A stretch of 63,391 bases of DNA, filler included, from Candidatus Fermentibacterota bacterium (GCA_016928395.1; 6 parts of 6 records of this genome joined end to end with filler, not necessarily neighbours in it); one strand, 5' to 3'. Shown: positions 20,959 through 31,990, numbered from the whole stretch's first letter. Numbers and translations: made by a program. The notes: generated from the sequence alone by a model not told the origin.

Positions 20959-22377
20959 CTATCCCAGGCGCAGCATGCGCGTCATCACACCGCGAACCCG
21001 CCGCGCCCATCCCCGAGGTCTTCCCCCAACTGCCCGCCGTTCCCATTCCCGGTACGCAAGCTTCAGGAAGTCCTCCAGTTCCTCAGCTTTCAGCGCGTCG
21101 GTCCGAACCACTGACCGCGAGTACCCGTCATACAATGACCAGTCATCGGTCACCAGATACCCACCGCGATTCAGCTCGTCGTAGAAGCTTGAGCCGGGAA
21201 AGGGAGTCGCCAAGGAAAACTGCACGGTGTCTGGGGCAAGCTCCAGCGCCAAATCGATGGTACGGCGGGCGCTGTCGTGCGTCTCGCCCGGCAAGCCAAA
21301 CATGAAGGTCAGATGCGTACGGATCCCCAGAGACCTACAGGTTGCCATCACGCTTCGGACCCTCGCCAAGTCGAGACCCTTGCCGCACCTTTCAACAATG
21401 CTCTGATCGGCAGACTCCACCCCAAACTTGGCCACCGACAGCCCGACGCGGCGCAGCGCCTCATACATCCGGTCGCTGCAGGTATCCGCCCGGGCCATGA
21501 TACCCCAGGGCGCTGTCCACTCAGCCTCAGTCAAGAGCTCGGCAAAGCGCGCCATGCGTCGATCACCGACATTGAAGACATCATCGTCGAAGTACACGGA
21601 GGCGAATCCCTTGTCTCTTCCGTCTTCCACCATCTCCCTGACCACCTTGGCAGGATCTCTGGCTCGGTACTTTCCCGGCGCATACATGATCTGCGGCCAC
21701 GCACAGAAGGAGCAGCGATGGGGGCACCCCCTGCTGGCCCACATCTGAAGGCACGGCTGGGGAAGATCCAGCAAGCCGTCAACATAGCGTTCCATGGGCA
21801 ACTGGGCTCGGTGGGGCCAGGGCAGGGAATCGAGATCCGCACAAAGCGGTCGATCCTGTTCGACGACCACTCCTCCCCCGCTCCGCCAGGCGATGCCGGG
21901 AATACCATTGAGATCGGCCCCTTGCCGCATACGGAGGGCTATGTCCAGTAGAGAGCCCTCATACTCCCCGCGGGCGGTGGCCAGTACTTCCGGTCGCGCC
22001 TGAAAGAACGCCGGGTCGAACATGAATGCATGGATGCCGCCCAGCACGATGGAGGACCGCAGGTGAGCCTCCCGGATGCGCCGGATCACTCGACTATCAG
22101 TGTCCCAACTGGGCGTGGAGACTTCGAGAAAAACCAGATCAGGGTCTTCGGCGACGATGCGGGTGATGAACGCGTCCTCTGTCATCCGTTCCACGACCCC
22201 GTCCAGAAGCCGCACCTCGAACCCGTGTCGCTGGAGCAGAGACGCCGCATAGCCCATGAAAAAGGGATAGGGGTAGTATCGCGCCTCATTGCGCTCGAAA
22301 TGGGGCCATCGCGACCCCGCGCGCACGCCATAGTGGCCGTCACGGTACCACGGTGCATTGCCGATGAGAACGTTCAC
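20959..22377 (-). CDS. B12-binding radical SAM protein (HpnJ-like)
   Basis: N-terminal GVRAGSRWP, cobalamin-binding domain, SRGCPHRCSFC, YFDDDVF, FGVES, GLPGET; GTGA overlap with the upstream stop. Confidence 0.87.
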   Translation of the reverse strand: MNVLIGNAPWYRDGHYGVRAGSRWPHFERNEARYYPYPFFMGYAASLLQRHGFEVRLLDGVVERMTEDAFITRIVAEDPDLVFLEVSTPSWDTDSRVIRRIREAHLRSSIVLGGIHAFMFDPAFFQARPEVLATARGEYEGSLLDIALRMRQGADLNGIPGIAWRSGGGVVVEQDRPLCADLDSLPWPHRAQLPMERYVDGLLDLPQPCLQMWASRGCPHRCSFCAWPQIMYAPGKYRARDPAKVVREMVEDGRDKGFASVYFDDDVFNVGDRRMARFAELLTEAEWTAPWGIMARADTCSDRMYEALRRVGLSVAKFGVESADQSIVERCGKGLDLARVRSVMATCRSLGIRTHLTFMFGLPGETHDSARRTIDLALELAPDTVQFSLATPFPGSSFYDELNRGGYLVTDDWSLYDGYSRSVVRTDALKAEELEDFLKLAYREWERRAVGGRPRGWARRVRGVMTRMLRLG

Positions 22378-23636
22378 GCGTCGCTCCTGGGGATCATGCC
22401 AAAGATGGAAAGGTAATGGGCTTCGACCGTTGTGCGCCACGAAAACGTCAGTGCCCGTTCTCGAGCCGCCTGTGACATACGGAGCCAGAGGCCGTCATCA
22501 TTGAGGAGTGTCGCCACTCGATCCGCAAGGCTTTCGACATCACCAGGTGTTACCACAAGCCCGCTGACTCCGTCCTCCACGAGGTTCGCCAGCCCACCGA
22601 TGCGGTGAACCACCACCGGCACACCACTGGCCATGGCCTCCAGGGCGATCAACCCGAAGGGTTCCGGCCACATCGTGGGTACGACCACGACACGCGATGA
22701 GCGAAGCAGGGCGGGCATGTCATGGTACGGCACCCATCCGGCACTCCGGATATGAGGGCTGTTGCCGTCATAGCGAGGGTCGGTCACCATGGCTCGCAGC
22801 GAGACGCCCCGCTTTACAAGCCGGTGAACCATTTCCCTGAACACGGCGTAGCCCTTGCGGGGATCCTCAACCCGTCCCGGCATCAGCACACAGGGCTCGC
22901 CCGAAGGCCGGCCGGGTGAAAAGCGCCCAACATCAACCCCTCCCGGTACCACGGTGACTTTGGACGACCAGCGATGCAGAATGCCTGCCGTGAACTCATT
23001 TGAGACCAGAATGCGGTGGGCCACGTCGAAGGCTTTCCCCACCGCCTTGTGGTAGCCCGGCAGCCATCCGCCGCTGGCCACATACTCGTGGCTGAACGGG
23101 TTCATCCAGCGGGGCAGAAGTTCTCTCCCGATTCCCCGGAGGGCACAGGCTGTACAGGCCCACGGCGAGGTCAGATAGTTGCGGTTGCAGATCTCGGCCC
23201 GCGGGTTGGAGAGCGCCCACTGCCCTACCTTTCCCTTGGGCCACAGTGACATATAGAACGGGCACAGAATCTCATACCCATAGATTCTCAGGAGAACGGG
23301 CAGATCCCGAAAAACCCTCGCTACCCACGGCGCCATGGCGAATGTGTTGGTGATCATCACGAAGTCCGGGCGCCACGCCCGCACGCGAGACTCCAGGATC
23401 CTCGGAAGAGCGAGAGCCGTGAACTGATGCAGGGATACGGGTACCTGCTCGACCTCCACGGGCGGGGCTTCCGTGATGTGTCCCCGCCGTAAGCCGCCGG
23501 TGTCAACCCGTGGGACCACGATGCGGACAGCCGCGCCATGATCGGCCAATTCAGATGCGATATGGGCGACGTCGACCCACGATCCTCCGGTAGGAGGCCA
23601 ATGAAAGCTGAGGTCGACGATGGCGATGCGGGGCAT
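22374..23636 (-). CDS. GT4 family glycosyltransferase with Cys-rich insert
   Basis: PPTGGS, GR..PRKG, WPEPFGLIALEAMASGVPVV. Confidence 0.92.
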   Translation of the reverse strand: MPRIAIVDLSFHWPPTGGSWVDVAHIASELADHGAAVRIVVPRVDTGGLRRGHITEAPPVEVEQVPVSLHQFTALALPRILESRVRAWRPDFVMITNTFAMAPWVARVFRDLPVLLRIYGYEILCPFYMSLWPKGKVGQWALSNPRAEICNRNYLTSPWACTACALRGIGRELLPRWMNPFSHEYVASGGWLPGYHKAVGKAFDVAHRILVSNEFTAGILHRWSSKVTVVPGGVDVGRFSPGRPSGEPCVLMPGRVEDPRKGYAVFREMVHRLVKRGVSLRAMVTDPRYDGNSPHIRSAGWVPYHDMPALLRSSRVVVVPTMWPEPFGLIALEAMASGVPVVVHRIGGLANLVEDGVSGLVVTPGDVESLADRVATLLNDDGLWLRMSQAARERALTFSWRTTVEAHYLSIFGMIPRSDA

Positions 23637-23885
23637 GCATTCCTCGGGAGTGCTCTGATCGGAGAAACAAGAATCGGCCAATTAACACCGAAATTGAGGT
23701 TCCTCCACCCCTGCGCGATCCAGGGTGGCCGATGCGGATCCTCTCGCTATCTTGTACCGGCGTTGCGGCGAAGAAAGCACGAGCCGGTTTCCCCTGCAGG
23801 AGATCGACGGCGATGCCAGGTGCGCGAACGTCGCCAGCACTACAGTGTTCGCCATTCGTCCAAGCAACCCCACTGAGGAGGCACC

Positions 23886-25703
23886 ATGGCCACACGTTTG
23901 CAGATACCTCCGGCGGGTACCCGCCTGCTACTCACCGGTAACCAAGCCTGCGCGCTTGCCGCTGCCACGTTCGGGTGCAATCTCGGTGTGGGGTATCCAG
24001 GCACACCCAGTAGCGAGATCCTGGATGCCTTGGTGCGCATCGAGGGTTCCCACAGAACCCAGTGGGAGACAAACGAAAAGACCGCAGTGGAAAAGGCCAT
24101 TGGTGCCTCCATGGCCGGAGCTCGGGTCATAGCGACCATGAAGCATGTGGGTGTCAATGTCGCGGCCGATCCATTGCTGAGCTTCGCCTCGACATTCAAC
24201 GGCGGGCTGGTGGTGGTTGTGGGGGATGATCCAGGCGCGCATAGCTCGCAGAACGAGCAGGACACTCGGATGTTCATGGGTCTGTTCGCCAATCTGCCCA
24301 TCTTCGCACCGGCCGACAGCCAGGAGGTGTATGACTTTCTGGGCGAGGCCTTCGAGGTATCCCAGCGATTCAAGACTGCGGCTATTGTGCGCATGACCAC
24401 CAATGTGTGCCATTCGGAGACCGTCGTAGTGACGGCCGAACCGATGACGCATACGCCCGGAGGGTATGCCAACGATTTCGCCAACAACGTGGTGTTGCCC
24501 GCCAACTTCAGGAAACTCAGGCGTCGGTCACTGCACGAACGGCTTCCCGCCCTCCGAGACTACGCGGAGACGAGCCCGCTGACCAGGGAAGAAGGGGGCG
24601 CAACACCCGAGTTCGGCATCATCACCGAGGGCGTGACCTATGGCCATGTGAAGGAGATTACCGGCGACACAATCCCGATCCTGAAGCTCGGCATCGTCTT
24701 TCCCCTGCCGTTGACCCGTATCGCCGATTTTGTCTCCCACCATCCCAAGACGGTGGTCTGTGAGGAACTGGAACCCTATATCGAACTGCAGGCCAGAGCG
24801 GAAGGCATACCGCTGATCGGGGGAAAGGCATTCTTCTCCCGTGAAGGGGAGCTTTCGGCGGGCCGCGTGGCCGAGGGTTTGGCCGCCGCAGGATTTCCCG
24901 GTGTCCACCCCGTGGCGAGTCGGGAACCTCTGGCCGGCGTGCCGCGCCCGCCAACCCTATGCCCAGGCTGTCCTCACCGGGCGACCTTCTATGTGCTAAA
25001 CCGGATGAAGGCCAATGTCTTTGGAGACATCGGCTGCTATACTCTGGGTGGCCTGGCGCCACTGAGCGCGCTCCATGCCTGCATCTGCATGGGCGCCAGC
25101 ATAGGAATGGCCGCTGGTGTCGCCACGGTCTCCACGCCGGAAAACCCCGTGGTCGCCGTCATCGGTGACTCGACCTTCCTTCACTCGGGCATCACGCCCT
25201 TGCTGGGTGCCCGGTGGAACGGTGCAAGCATCACTGTTATCATCCTGGATAACGGCATCACGGCCATGACCGGCGGCCAGCCCAATCCGGGGGTAGAGGG
25301 AACCCTGGAAGGGACGGCCACTCCCAAGGTAGACCTGGAAGGGCTGGTGCGCGCTTTGGGCGTCGAGCATGTGACCGTGGCCGATGCCTATGACCTCGCC
25401 CAAATCAAGGAGGCCTTGACCCACGCCGTGGAACACCCGGGCGTATCGGTGGTTATCTCGCGGAGGCCATGTGCGCTCATGCCCACGAAACGCCACTACA
25501 AAGTCCTTCGGGTGGATCATGCGAAATGCATCGGGTGCCACACCTGCGTGAGGGTCGGCTGCCCGGCCATCAGCCTGGCGGAGGAGACCACCGACAAGGG
25601 CCGCCACAAATCGTTCATCGATCCCCGTGTGTGCATCGGTTGCACCGTATGCCAACAGGTCTGCCCTGTAGGCGCCATCGTAGATCTGGAGGCACCTGCA
25701 TGA
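23886..25703 (+). CDS. iorA: Indolepyruvate ferredoxin oxidoreductase alpha subunit
   Basis: GYPGTPSSEI, MKHVG, SSQNEQD, CPGCPHR, GDIGCY, GDSTFLHSG, two C-terminal CxxCxxC..CP ferredoxin motifs. Confidence 0.96.
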   Translation: MATRLQIPPAGTRLLLTGNQACALAAATFGCNLGVGYPGTPSSEILDALVRIEGSHRTQWETNEKTAVEKAIGASMAGARVIATMKHVGVNVAADPLLSFASTFNGGLVVVVGDDPGAHSSQNEQDTRMFMGLFANLPIFAPADSQEVYDFLGEAFEVSQRFKTAAIVRMTTNVCHSETVVVTAEPMTHTPGGYANDFANNVVLPANFRKLRRRSLHERLPALRDYAETSPLTREEGGATPEFGIITEGVTYGHVKEITGDTIPILKLGIVFPLPLTRIADFVSHHPKTVVCEELEPYIELQARAEGIPLIGGKAFFSREGELSAGRVAEGLAAAGFPGVHPVASREPLAGVPRPPTLCPGCPHRATFYVLNRMKANVFGDIGCYTLGGLAPLSALHACICMGASIGMAAGVATVSTPENPVVAVIGDSTFLHSGITPLLGARWNGASITVIILDNGITAMTGGQPNPGVEGTLEGTATPKVDLEGLVRALGVEHVTVADAYDLAQIKEALTHAVEHPGVSVVISRRPCALMPTKRHYKVLRVDHAKCIGCHTCVRVGCPAISLAEETTDKGRHKSFIDPRVCIGCTVCQQVCPVGAIVDLEAPA

Positions 25704-26287
25704 CTGCGACAACCAATATCAGACTTGCCACGGTAGGCGGCCAGGGCGGTATTCTGGCATCCTCGGTCATCGCGCAAACGGCGTTTGACGCGCGGTTCGT
25801 GGTGAAGAAGCGGGAAGTCCACGGCATGAGCCAACGCGGCGGTGTCGTGACCAGCGATGTGCGCTTCGGTGCGACGGTGCACTCGCCCATGGTGCCGGAA
25901 GGCGCCGTAGACATCCTGCTAGGCTTCGAGCAGGGCGAGGCATTGCGGGCCGTGCATGATCTCAAGCCGGAAGGGATAGTGATCGTGAATACTCAGATCA
26001 TCGTGCCGCCCATCGTGGCCACGGGCAAGGCATCCTATCCCGAGAACCCTCTGGAGGCGCTCCGTAGGTCTGTTGCCCGGGTCTACGCTCTGGACGCATT
26101 GCGCCTTGCCGAAGAGGCAGGGTCTGCCAAGGCGGTAAGCACCGTCATGGTCGGTGCATTGTCGGCGTTTTTGGATTTCCCCGAGGATGCCTGGCTTACG
26201 GCGATCCGGTCAAAGGTGCCACCCAAGACCATCGCGGTGAATGAGCGTGCGTTTGCTGCCGGCCGCGCGGCAATGGAACCCGCCTGA
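25700..26287 (+). CDS. iorB: Indolepyruvate ferredoxin oxidoreductase beta subunit
   Basis: VGGQGGILAS, EVHGMSQRGG; ATGA overlap with iorA. Confidence 0.95.
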   Translation: MTATTNIRLATVGGQGGILASSVIAQTAFDARFVVKKREVHGMSQRGGVVTSDVRFGATVHSPMVPEGAVDILLGFEQGEALRAVHDLKPEGIVIVNTQIIVPPIVATGKASYPENPLEALRRSVARVYALDALRLAEEAGSAKAVSTVMVGALSAFLDFPEDAWLTAIRSKVPPKTIAVNERAFAAGRAAMEPA

Positions 26288-26435
26288 GTGCACACTCGGG
26301 TTCGCGGATTACGCATTCCCCGAGCGCCGACACTCTGGCATGCTTCAACACCCGTGCGGCCTTCTCCTCGGGAGAAGCCGGGAGAGGCTCCAGCCCCGGT
26401 ATTGGTCGCCCCTTTCGGCCGGGTAAGACTCGACC

Positions 26436-27197
26436 GTGTCCCGAAACAAGAGCAGTAAGGAAGTCCTCCCTGTGACCTCAGAACGTGCCGGCCCAAGTCT
26501 CTCTGTCGTCATCCCGGCCTACAATGAGGCTGAGAACATCGCCGGGATGCTGCGCGACGTTCTCCGCGCGGTGCGCGGCCTCTGTAGCGACTTCGAGATT
26601 ATCGTGGTGGATGACGGCAGTGCGGATACGACTGCCCACACGGTGAGAGAGCTTGGTCGCCTCCATCGGGAGATTCGCCTGGTGCAGCATGCCCAGAACA
26701 AGGGCTATGGGGCGGCAGTCTTCGATGGCCTGGTCGGCGCCACAAAGGAACTTGTCTTTTTCACCGACGGTGATCGCCAGTTCGATGTCGCGGAAATGGA
26801 GGATCTCCTGGCCCGGATCGAGGGGTCCGATCTGGTGGTGGGCTACCGATCCCCCCGCCGCGATCCGTTCATGCGCCGTCTCAACGGCAAGGGGTGGAGC
26901 CTTCTGATCACGCTCCTCTTCGGCTACACGGCCCGCGACATCGATTGCGCCTTCAAGCTCATGCGCCGGTCGGTCATCGAGCGGTTGAGGGACGAAGTAC
27001 AATCCCGGGGAGCCACCTTCAGCGCCGAGTTTCTGGTTCGCGCGAAACGAGCCGGATTCCGCATCGCGGAGGTCCCCGTCCGAGGGCATCGTCCCCGGGT
27101 GGCGGGCAACCCGTCCGGCGCGAAACCCTCGGTCATCGTTCGCGCGTTCCGGGAGTTGATTCGTTTCCGGCTGCGTCTCTGGAAGGAGTCTTCATGA
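26436..27197 (+). CDS. GT2 glycosyltransferase (polyprenol-phosphate glycosyltransferase-like)
   Basis: [36 protein letters not shown]; start may be GTG 26472. Confidence 0.9.
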   Translation: MSRNKSSKEVLPVTSERAGPSLSVVIPAYNEAENIAGMLRDVLRAVRGLCSDFEIIVVDDGSADTTAHTVRELGRLHREIRLVQHAQNKGYGAAVFDGLVGATKELVFFTDGDRQFDVAEMEDLLARIEGSDLVVGYRSPRRDPFMRRLNGKGWSLLITLLFGYTARDIDCAFKLMRRSVIERLRDEVQSRGATFSAEFLVRAKRAGFRIAEVPVRGHRPRVAGNPSGAKPSVIVRAFRELIRFRLRLWKESS

Positions 27198-27216
27198 CTG
27201 TTCTGCGGAATCACGT

Positions 27217-28791
27217 ATGCCGCGTATCGCGCTGATCATAGGAGCCGGCCCCGCAGGGCTGACTGCGGCCTACGAGTTGGCTCGCCGCACTGATGTCACA
27301 CCCATAGTGCTGGAGGCTACGGCCGATATCGGCGGCATCTCCAAGACGGTGAACCACCGCGGCAACCGATTGGATATCGGTGGCCATCGCTTCTTCTCCA
27401 AGTCAGACCGCGTGATGCGATGGTGGCAGAATATCCTCCCATTGCAGGGGCAACCGTCCTGGGATGACAAACTTCTCAACCGTGCAGTGCCTCTCTCCAG
27501 TACTCCCGGTGCGCCTGACCCGGAGACAGAGGATCGGGTACTTCTGGCCCGCGGCCGGGTGTCACGTATCCTCTACGGCAGGAAGTTCTACGATTATCCC
27601 TTGAGCCTGAAGCCGGCCACCGTGTCCAACCTTGGACTTGCGCGCATGGCAAGGATCGCGGCGGGCTACACCCGGGCTAGACTGGCCCCTATCCGGCCTG
27701 AGCGCTCCCTGGAAGACTTCTTCGTGAATCGATTCGGTCATGAGCTCTATGCAACCTTCTTCCGGGATTATACGGCGAAGGTGTGGGGCGTGCCGTGCTC
27801 TCAGATCAGCCCGGAGTGGGGCGGTCAACGCGTGAAGGGACTCTCGGTGGGGAAGGCAGTCACCGATGGGCTGAGGGGTCTCCTGACACGGAACCGGTCC
27901 CTGGCCCAGCACGGCGTCGAGACCAGTCTGATCCGGCAGTTCCTCTATCCCAAACTGGGGCCGGGCCAGATGTGGGAGGAGGTGGCCGGTCTCGTTCGCT
28001 CCATGGGCGGCGAGGTTCGGCTTCACCACGAGGTACTCGAGCTGAGGGCCGATGACGATGACCGGGTGCGTACGCTGGTTGTCCGCGACTCACGCACGAA
28101 TGAGACGATTAGCATCACCGGAGACCTCGTCATTTCCACCATGCCCGTCAGGGACTTGGTCGGCGGACTCCGCGCGGACGTACCCTCCGAAGTACGCCGC
28201 GTGGCGGGCGGGCTCGTCTATCGTGATTTCGTCACCGTTGGTCTCTTGCTGTCCCGGCTCTTGGTCTGCAACAGGAGCCGCGTGCCAACACCCTATAACG
28301 TAATTCCCGATACCTGGATCTACGTGCAGGAACCGGATGTTCGTCTGGGCCGGATCCAGGTGTTCAACAACTGGAGCCCATATCTGGTGGCGGACCCGCG
28401 CACGGTCTGGCTCGGCCTGGAGTACTTCTGCACGGAGAATGACGAGTTCTGGAATATGCCCGATACCAGCATCGCTGCCAGTGCCGCCGACGAGATGGAG
28501 AAGCTGGGAATCATCTCGCGGTCCGACATCCTCGACTCCGTGGTGGTTCGTGTGCCGAAAACCTATCCGGCGTATTTCGGCACCTATGCCCAGTTCGAGG
28601 TGGTCCGGCACTACCTTGACCGGTTCCCGAACCTGTTCCTGATCGGCCGCAACGGCATGCACCGCTACAACAACCAGGATCATTCCATGCTGTCCGCCAT
28701 GACCGCGGTGGACAATCTGATTGCCGGGCGAGTATCCAGGGACAATATCTGGGCGACGAACACCGAAGACGACTACCATGAGGAAGGCTGA
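27217..28791 (+). CDS. FAD-dependent oxidoreductase (protoporphyrinogen oxidase/UDP-galactopyranose mutase-like)
   Basis: [43 protein letters not shown]. Confidence 0.88.
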   Translation: MPRIALIIGAGPAGLTAAYELARRTDVTPIVLEATADIGGISKTVNHRGNRLDIGGHRFFSKSDRVMRWWQNILPLQGQPSWDDKLLNRAVPLSSTPGAPDPETEDRVLLARGRVSRILYGRKFYDYPLSLKPATVSNLGLARMARIAAGYTRARLAPIRPERSLEDFFVNRFGHELYATFFRDYTAKVWGVPCSQISPEWGGQRVKGLSVGKAVTDGLRGLLTRNRSLAQHGVETSLIRQFLYPKLGPGQMWEEVAGLVRSMGGEVRLHHEVLELRADDDDRVRTLVVRDSRTNETISITGDLVISTMPVRDLVGGLRADVPSEVRRVAGGLVYRDFVTVGLLLSRLLVCNRSRVPTPYNVIPDTWIYVQEPDVRLGRIQVFNNWSPYLVADPRTVWLGLEYFCTENDEFWNMPDTSIAASAADEMEKLGIISRSDILDSVVVRVPKTYPAYFGTYAQFEVVRHYLDRFPNLFLIGRNGMHRYNNQDHSMLSAMTAVDNLIAGRVSRDNIWATNTEDDYHEEG

Positions 28792-28854
28792 GCGAGCACT
28801 GGAGGGGCCTTTTCAGCAGAATCCACGGGTGCCGGTTCACGGCGTCCCCGGCGG

Positions 28855-29457
28855 GTGATGACACGGAAGGAAGGCGAGATGACCTGTCCAGATTCTGATT
28901 CCACTCCCGCGACCGTGCAGTTCATTTTCGAGGTTGGCCAGCTCCGCCGTGAGACCCGCCACGGGTGGCTGCGGATCGGAGAGCGCCCCGAGAGTGTCGC
29001 GGAGCATTCGTTTCGCGCCGCTGTTCTTGGATACCTCGTGGCGTGCAGGGAGGGGTTTTCAGACCCGAACCAAGTCGCGACCATGATCCTCTTCCACGAT
29101 ATGCATGAAGCACGCACCGGCGATGCCGATACCGTGCAGCGGCGCTACGTTACGCTGGATGAGCGTCGCGCCGCTGCTGATCAGGTCGCAAAGCTCGGTG
29201 AGCCGGGCCGCATGATCCTGGGCATGTGGGACGAAGTCGAGCATGCGTCGACGGTCGCTGGGAGAATCGCCAAGGACGCAGAGATTCTCGAACTGGCGTA
29301 TACTGCGCGGGAATTGGTGGTGCGCGGGAATACCGATGCGCAGCACTGGATTGACAGTGTCCGCACTCGCATCACGACGGCTTCGGCTCGCGCCATGCTC
29401 GACGTGATAGCCGTCGCCGACCCCTCGGCGTGGTGGAAGTCACTTCCATCGCGCTAG
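28855..29457 (+). CDS. HD domain phosphohydrolase (YfbR/HDDC2-like)
   Basis: RHGW, ESVAEHSFR, FHDMHEARTGD, KDAE. Confidence 0.88.
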   Translation: MMTRKEGEMTCPDSDSTPATVQFIFEVGQLRRETRHGWLRIGERPESVAEHSFRAAVLGYLVACREGFSDPNQVATMILFHDMHEARTGDADTVQRRYVTLDERRAAADQVAKLGEPGRMILGMWDEVEHASTVAGRIAKDAEILELAYTARELVVRGNTDAQHWIDSVRTRITTASARAMLDVIAVADPSAWWKSLPSR

Positions 29458-29509
29458 GCTCAGCGGATCACGGAGTGCTCCTCGCGCTACGGCCAAGGGC
29501 CTGCGTCCG

Positions 29510-29896
29510 GTGAATGACTCGCCACGCTCCGTGGTGCAGCGCAAACTGACCCAGATCTTTCGTGACAATGCATCACGGGTGCAAGCCGAGGCGATCCTCC
29601 ACCGTCACAGCCTGGAACCGCAGCAGACCGGAGGTGACCGCGTACTCCTGGCGATCCTCAAGCTCAGCGACGGCGACCTGGAGAAGCTCCGTCGCGTGGC
29701 AGCGATCGCCATGTCTGACTGGCGCGACGTAGTTGCCATGGCGGAGTATCCCGAAATGCTGCGAATCGGCGCGGGGATAGGCCAGTTGGACAGCCAGACC
29801 AGACGGGCCATCAGAAATCGCGACCTACGGCAGTACCACCGCTGGCTTCACGGGAAGGGGAACCCTGAAGCGGCTGCAGGATCTGTGGATCCATGA
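29510..29896 (+). CDS. Hypothetical protein
   Basis: 128-aa ORF fitting the operon (RVLLAILKLSDGD..DWRDV..AEYP); ATGA overlap downstream. Confidence 0.7.
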   Translation: MNDSPRSVVQRKLTQIFRDNASRVQAEAILHRHSLEPQQTGGDRVLLAILKLSDGDLEKLRRVAAIAMSDWRDVVAMAEYPEMLRIGAGIGQLDSQTRRAIRNRDLRQYHRWLHGKGNPEAAAGSVDP

Positions 29897-30210
29897 GAGA
29901 ATCCTTGGGCGGTGCCACCGACTCCGCGAAGGCAGTAGAATGCCGTGCCGGATGCGGGGCCTGTTGCATCGCCCTGTCCATCTCATCACCCATTCCCGGA
30001 ATGCCCGGGGGCAAGCCTGCGGGAATGCGCTGCATACACCTGACGACAGAGAATTTCTGCGGGCTCATGGGGCGGCCTGAGCGACCCGCAGTCTGTGTCA
30101 GCCTCCGACCGAGCCCACAGATGTGCGGCGATTCCTTCGAGGAAGCCTACGCATGGCTTGCCGCGCTGGAGCGTGCCACCTCTCCTGAAGGAGATGGAGC
30201 GAAGAGATAG
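29893..30210 (+). CDS. YkgJ-family cysteine-cluster (Zn/Fe-chelating) protein
   Basis: CRAGCGACCIALSISSPIPGMPGGKPAGMRC...C...RPAVC...MCG. Confidence 0.88.
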   Translation: MRESLGGATDSAKAVECRAGCGACCIALSISSPIPGMPGGKPAGMRCIHLTTENFCGLMGRPERPAVCVSLRPSPQMCGDSFEEAYAWLAALERATSPEGDGAKR

Positions 30211-30219
30211 CGTGAGGGG

Positions 30220-30435
30220 GTCCGCTTCGCTTCGCAGGCGACAGGGTTCAGGGTTCGGGGTTCAGGGTTCGGGGTTCAGGCCGGACTGCCGACTCGCTCT
30301 CTTCTTCACCTCTTCACCTCTTTACTTCTTTGCCCCTTTGAGTCCTCTGTGCCTCTGTGGTGAGCTTCGCTTCGCTCGCAGGCGACAGGGTTCGGGGTTA
30401 GAATGCTGGAATGCTGGAACGATGAATGAATGGGC
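30220..30435. repeat. Composite intergenic repeat copy E: CTTCG 5-mers, five GGGTTC(A/G), CTTCACCT 8-mers, CTCTGTG 9-mers, GAATGCTG 8-mers
   Basis: Read directly; the CGCTTCGCTCGCAGG-CAGGGTTC junction recurs at ~63250-63285. Confidence 0.85.
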
Positions 30436-30563
30436 CTTCTGGATTCTGTATACTGCCCAAGGCTGATTGCTGACTGCCCAACTCTTGCGCGGCGCACTGG
30501 GGGTTCATATTCTTCTCTCTTTGTATCCGTAAGATTGTCTACCCGACACTCAATGGAGCAGCT

Positions 30564-30767
30564 ATGGAGTGCCGCAAATCCCAGAACGTCACCCGCTGCA
30601 ACTGCAGCTATGAACCGTGCTCCCGCAAGGGCATCTGTTGCGAGTGCATTGCCTATCACCTTAGGATGCGCGAACTGCCTGCCTGCTGCTTCCCCGATGA
30701 TGCGGAGCGTACGTGGGACCGGTCTTTCGAACATTTTTCCCGCCTCGTACAGGCGGGGGTGATCTAA
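30564..30767 (+). CDS. Small Cys-rich cytosolic protein (DUF6485-like)
   Basis: [21 protein letters not shown]...LPACCFP...DRS; GGAG RBS. Confidence 0.8.
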   Translation: MECRKSQNVTRCNCSYEPCSRKGICCECIAYHLRMRELPACCFPDDAERTWDRSFEHFSRLVQAGVI

Positions 30768-30870
30768 ATACTGGCGGGGGTGAGTGTCCTCGACTCCACC
30801 GCCCGGATTCCTACACCCATCGCATGTCGGACTCGTGTCGTGGGGCATGCGGTATCCTTGGAGGTGGTCC

Positions 30871-31980
30871 ATGAACGCAGCACGGTCTCTCGTGCATCGC
30901 GTCCTGATTGTCCTGCTTCTGCCGCTTGTGCTGGTTTCGATTGCCAATGCCGCCAAGCCCGGCGACCCCACCTTAGGCCAGCAAGCCACCCAGGCACTGA
31001 CAGACCGTGACTATGACGTCGCGGTGTCGTTGTTCGAGCGATGGCTTGAGGCCGATCCGAATCAGGCGGTAGACTGGTACAACTTCAGTTGCGCCCTGGC
31101 GCTCCGCGGGGAGAACGGTCGCGCCATTGAGGCCCTGCATCATGCCATGGCGGCCGGCTACCACAATAGGGAGTGGACATCCAAGGACCCCGATCTCGAA
31201 TCCCTTCATGAGATTCCTGGGTTCACCCAGATCCTCGACGAGATGGCGCTGCGTGCCGACGATGAGAATGCTGCCCGAGCCGGCCGCCGGCATCTCGCCC
31301 AGGCGAGGCTGGGAACCTACCTCCTGCGCCTCCCCGAGCATCAGCCGGAGAGTGGCCTATGCCCCCTGGTCGTGCTCCTCCATGGCCGGGGCGGTCATCC
31401 GGATCGTTTCATCACGATGGCCGAGCGTCTCGGACTGCCTGGCGTGATCTATGCGGCGCCCCAGGCTGCCTATCCCGTGCCCGGCATGCAGGATGGGTTC
31501 CAGTATTGGCCCGAAGAACTCCGGGGCGATACCTCCGCTCCCGAGGCCGTCCTCGCTTCCCATCTCTACGCCCAGTGGTTGCGTGAGATGATAGACGAAA
31601 TCGCACGGGGCGAACCGGTAGACACCACCAAGATCTTCCTCATCGGCTTCAGCCAGGGTGCGGCCATGACCTACGTCGCCGCGCTGGAGCATCCCGGGAT
31701 CTATGCCGGGATCGCTCCCTTGGGAGGATGGATACCCGACAGCCATCGTGACCCCGCGCGCATGAAGGCCCTGGCCGACCATCATGTGTCACTCTTCATC
31801 GGTCATGGAGAGGGGGATGGCGCCGTGCAACCGGAGGCCGCCGAGGCTGCCCGGCGTCTTGCATCCGAGGCGGGTGTCGACCACCGCCTGATGATATACT
31901 CCGTTGGCCACGAGATCCCCGACCCGATGGTCGCTGACCTGCGGGCATGGATCGGGGAAGTGTGCGGGCGCAGGCCGTAG
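30871..31980 (+). CDS. Secreted phospholipase/carboxylesterase with N-terminal TPR
   Basis: Signal peptide, TPR (WYNFSCALAL), LLHGRG, GFSQG nucleophile, GHGEGD, GHEI. Confidence 0.85.
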   Translation: MNAARSLVHRVLIVLLLPLVLVSIANAAKPGDPTLGQQATQALTDRDYDVAVSLFERWLEADPNQAVDWYNFSCALALRGENGRAIEALHHAMAAGYHNREWTSKDPDLESLHEIPGFTQILDEMALRADDENAARAGRRHLAQARLGTYLLRLPEHQPESGLCPLVVLLHGRGGHPDRFITMAERLGLPGVIYAAPQAAYPVPGMQDGFQYWPEELRGDTSAPEAVLASHLYAQWLREMIDEIARGEPVDTTKIFLIGFSQGAAMTYVAALEHPGIYAGIAPLGGWIPDSHRDPARMKALADHHVSLFIGHGEGDGAVQPEAAEAARRLASEAGVDHRLMIYSVGHEIPDPMVADLRAWIGEVCGRRP

Positions 31981-31990
31981 GGCAGTTGCG

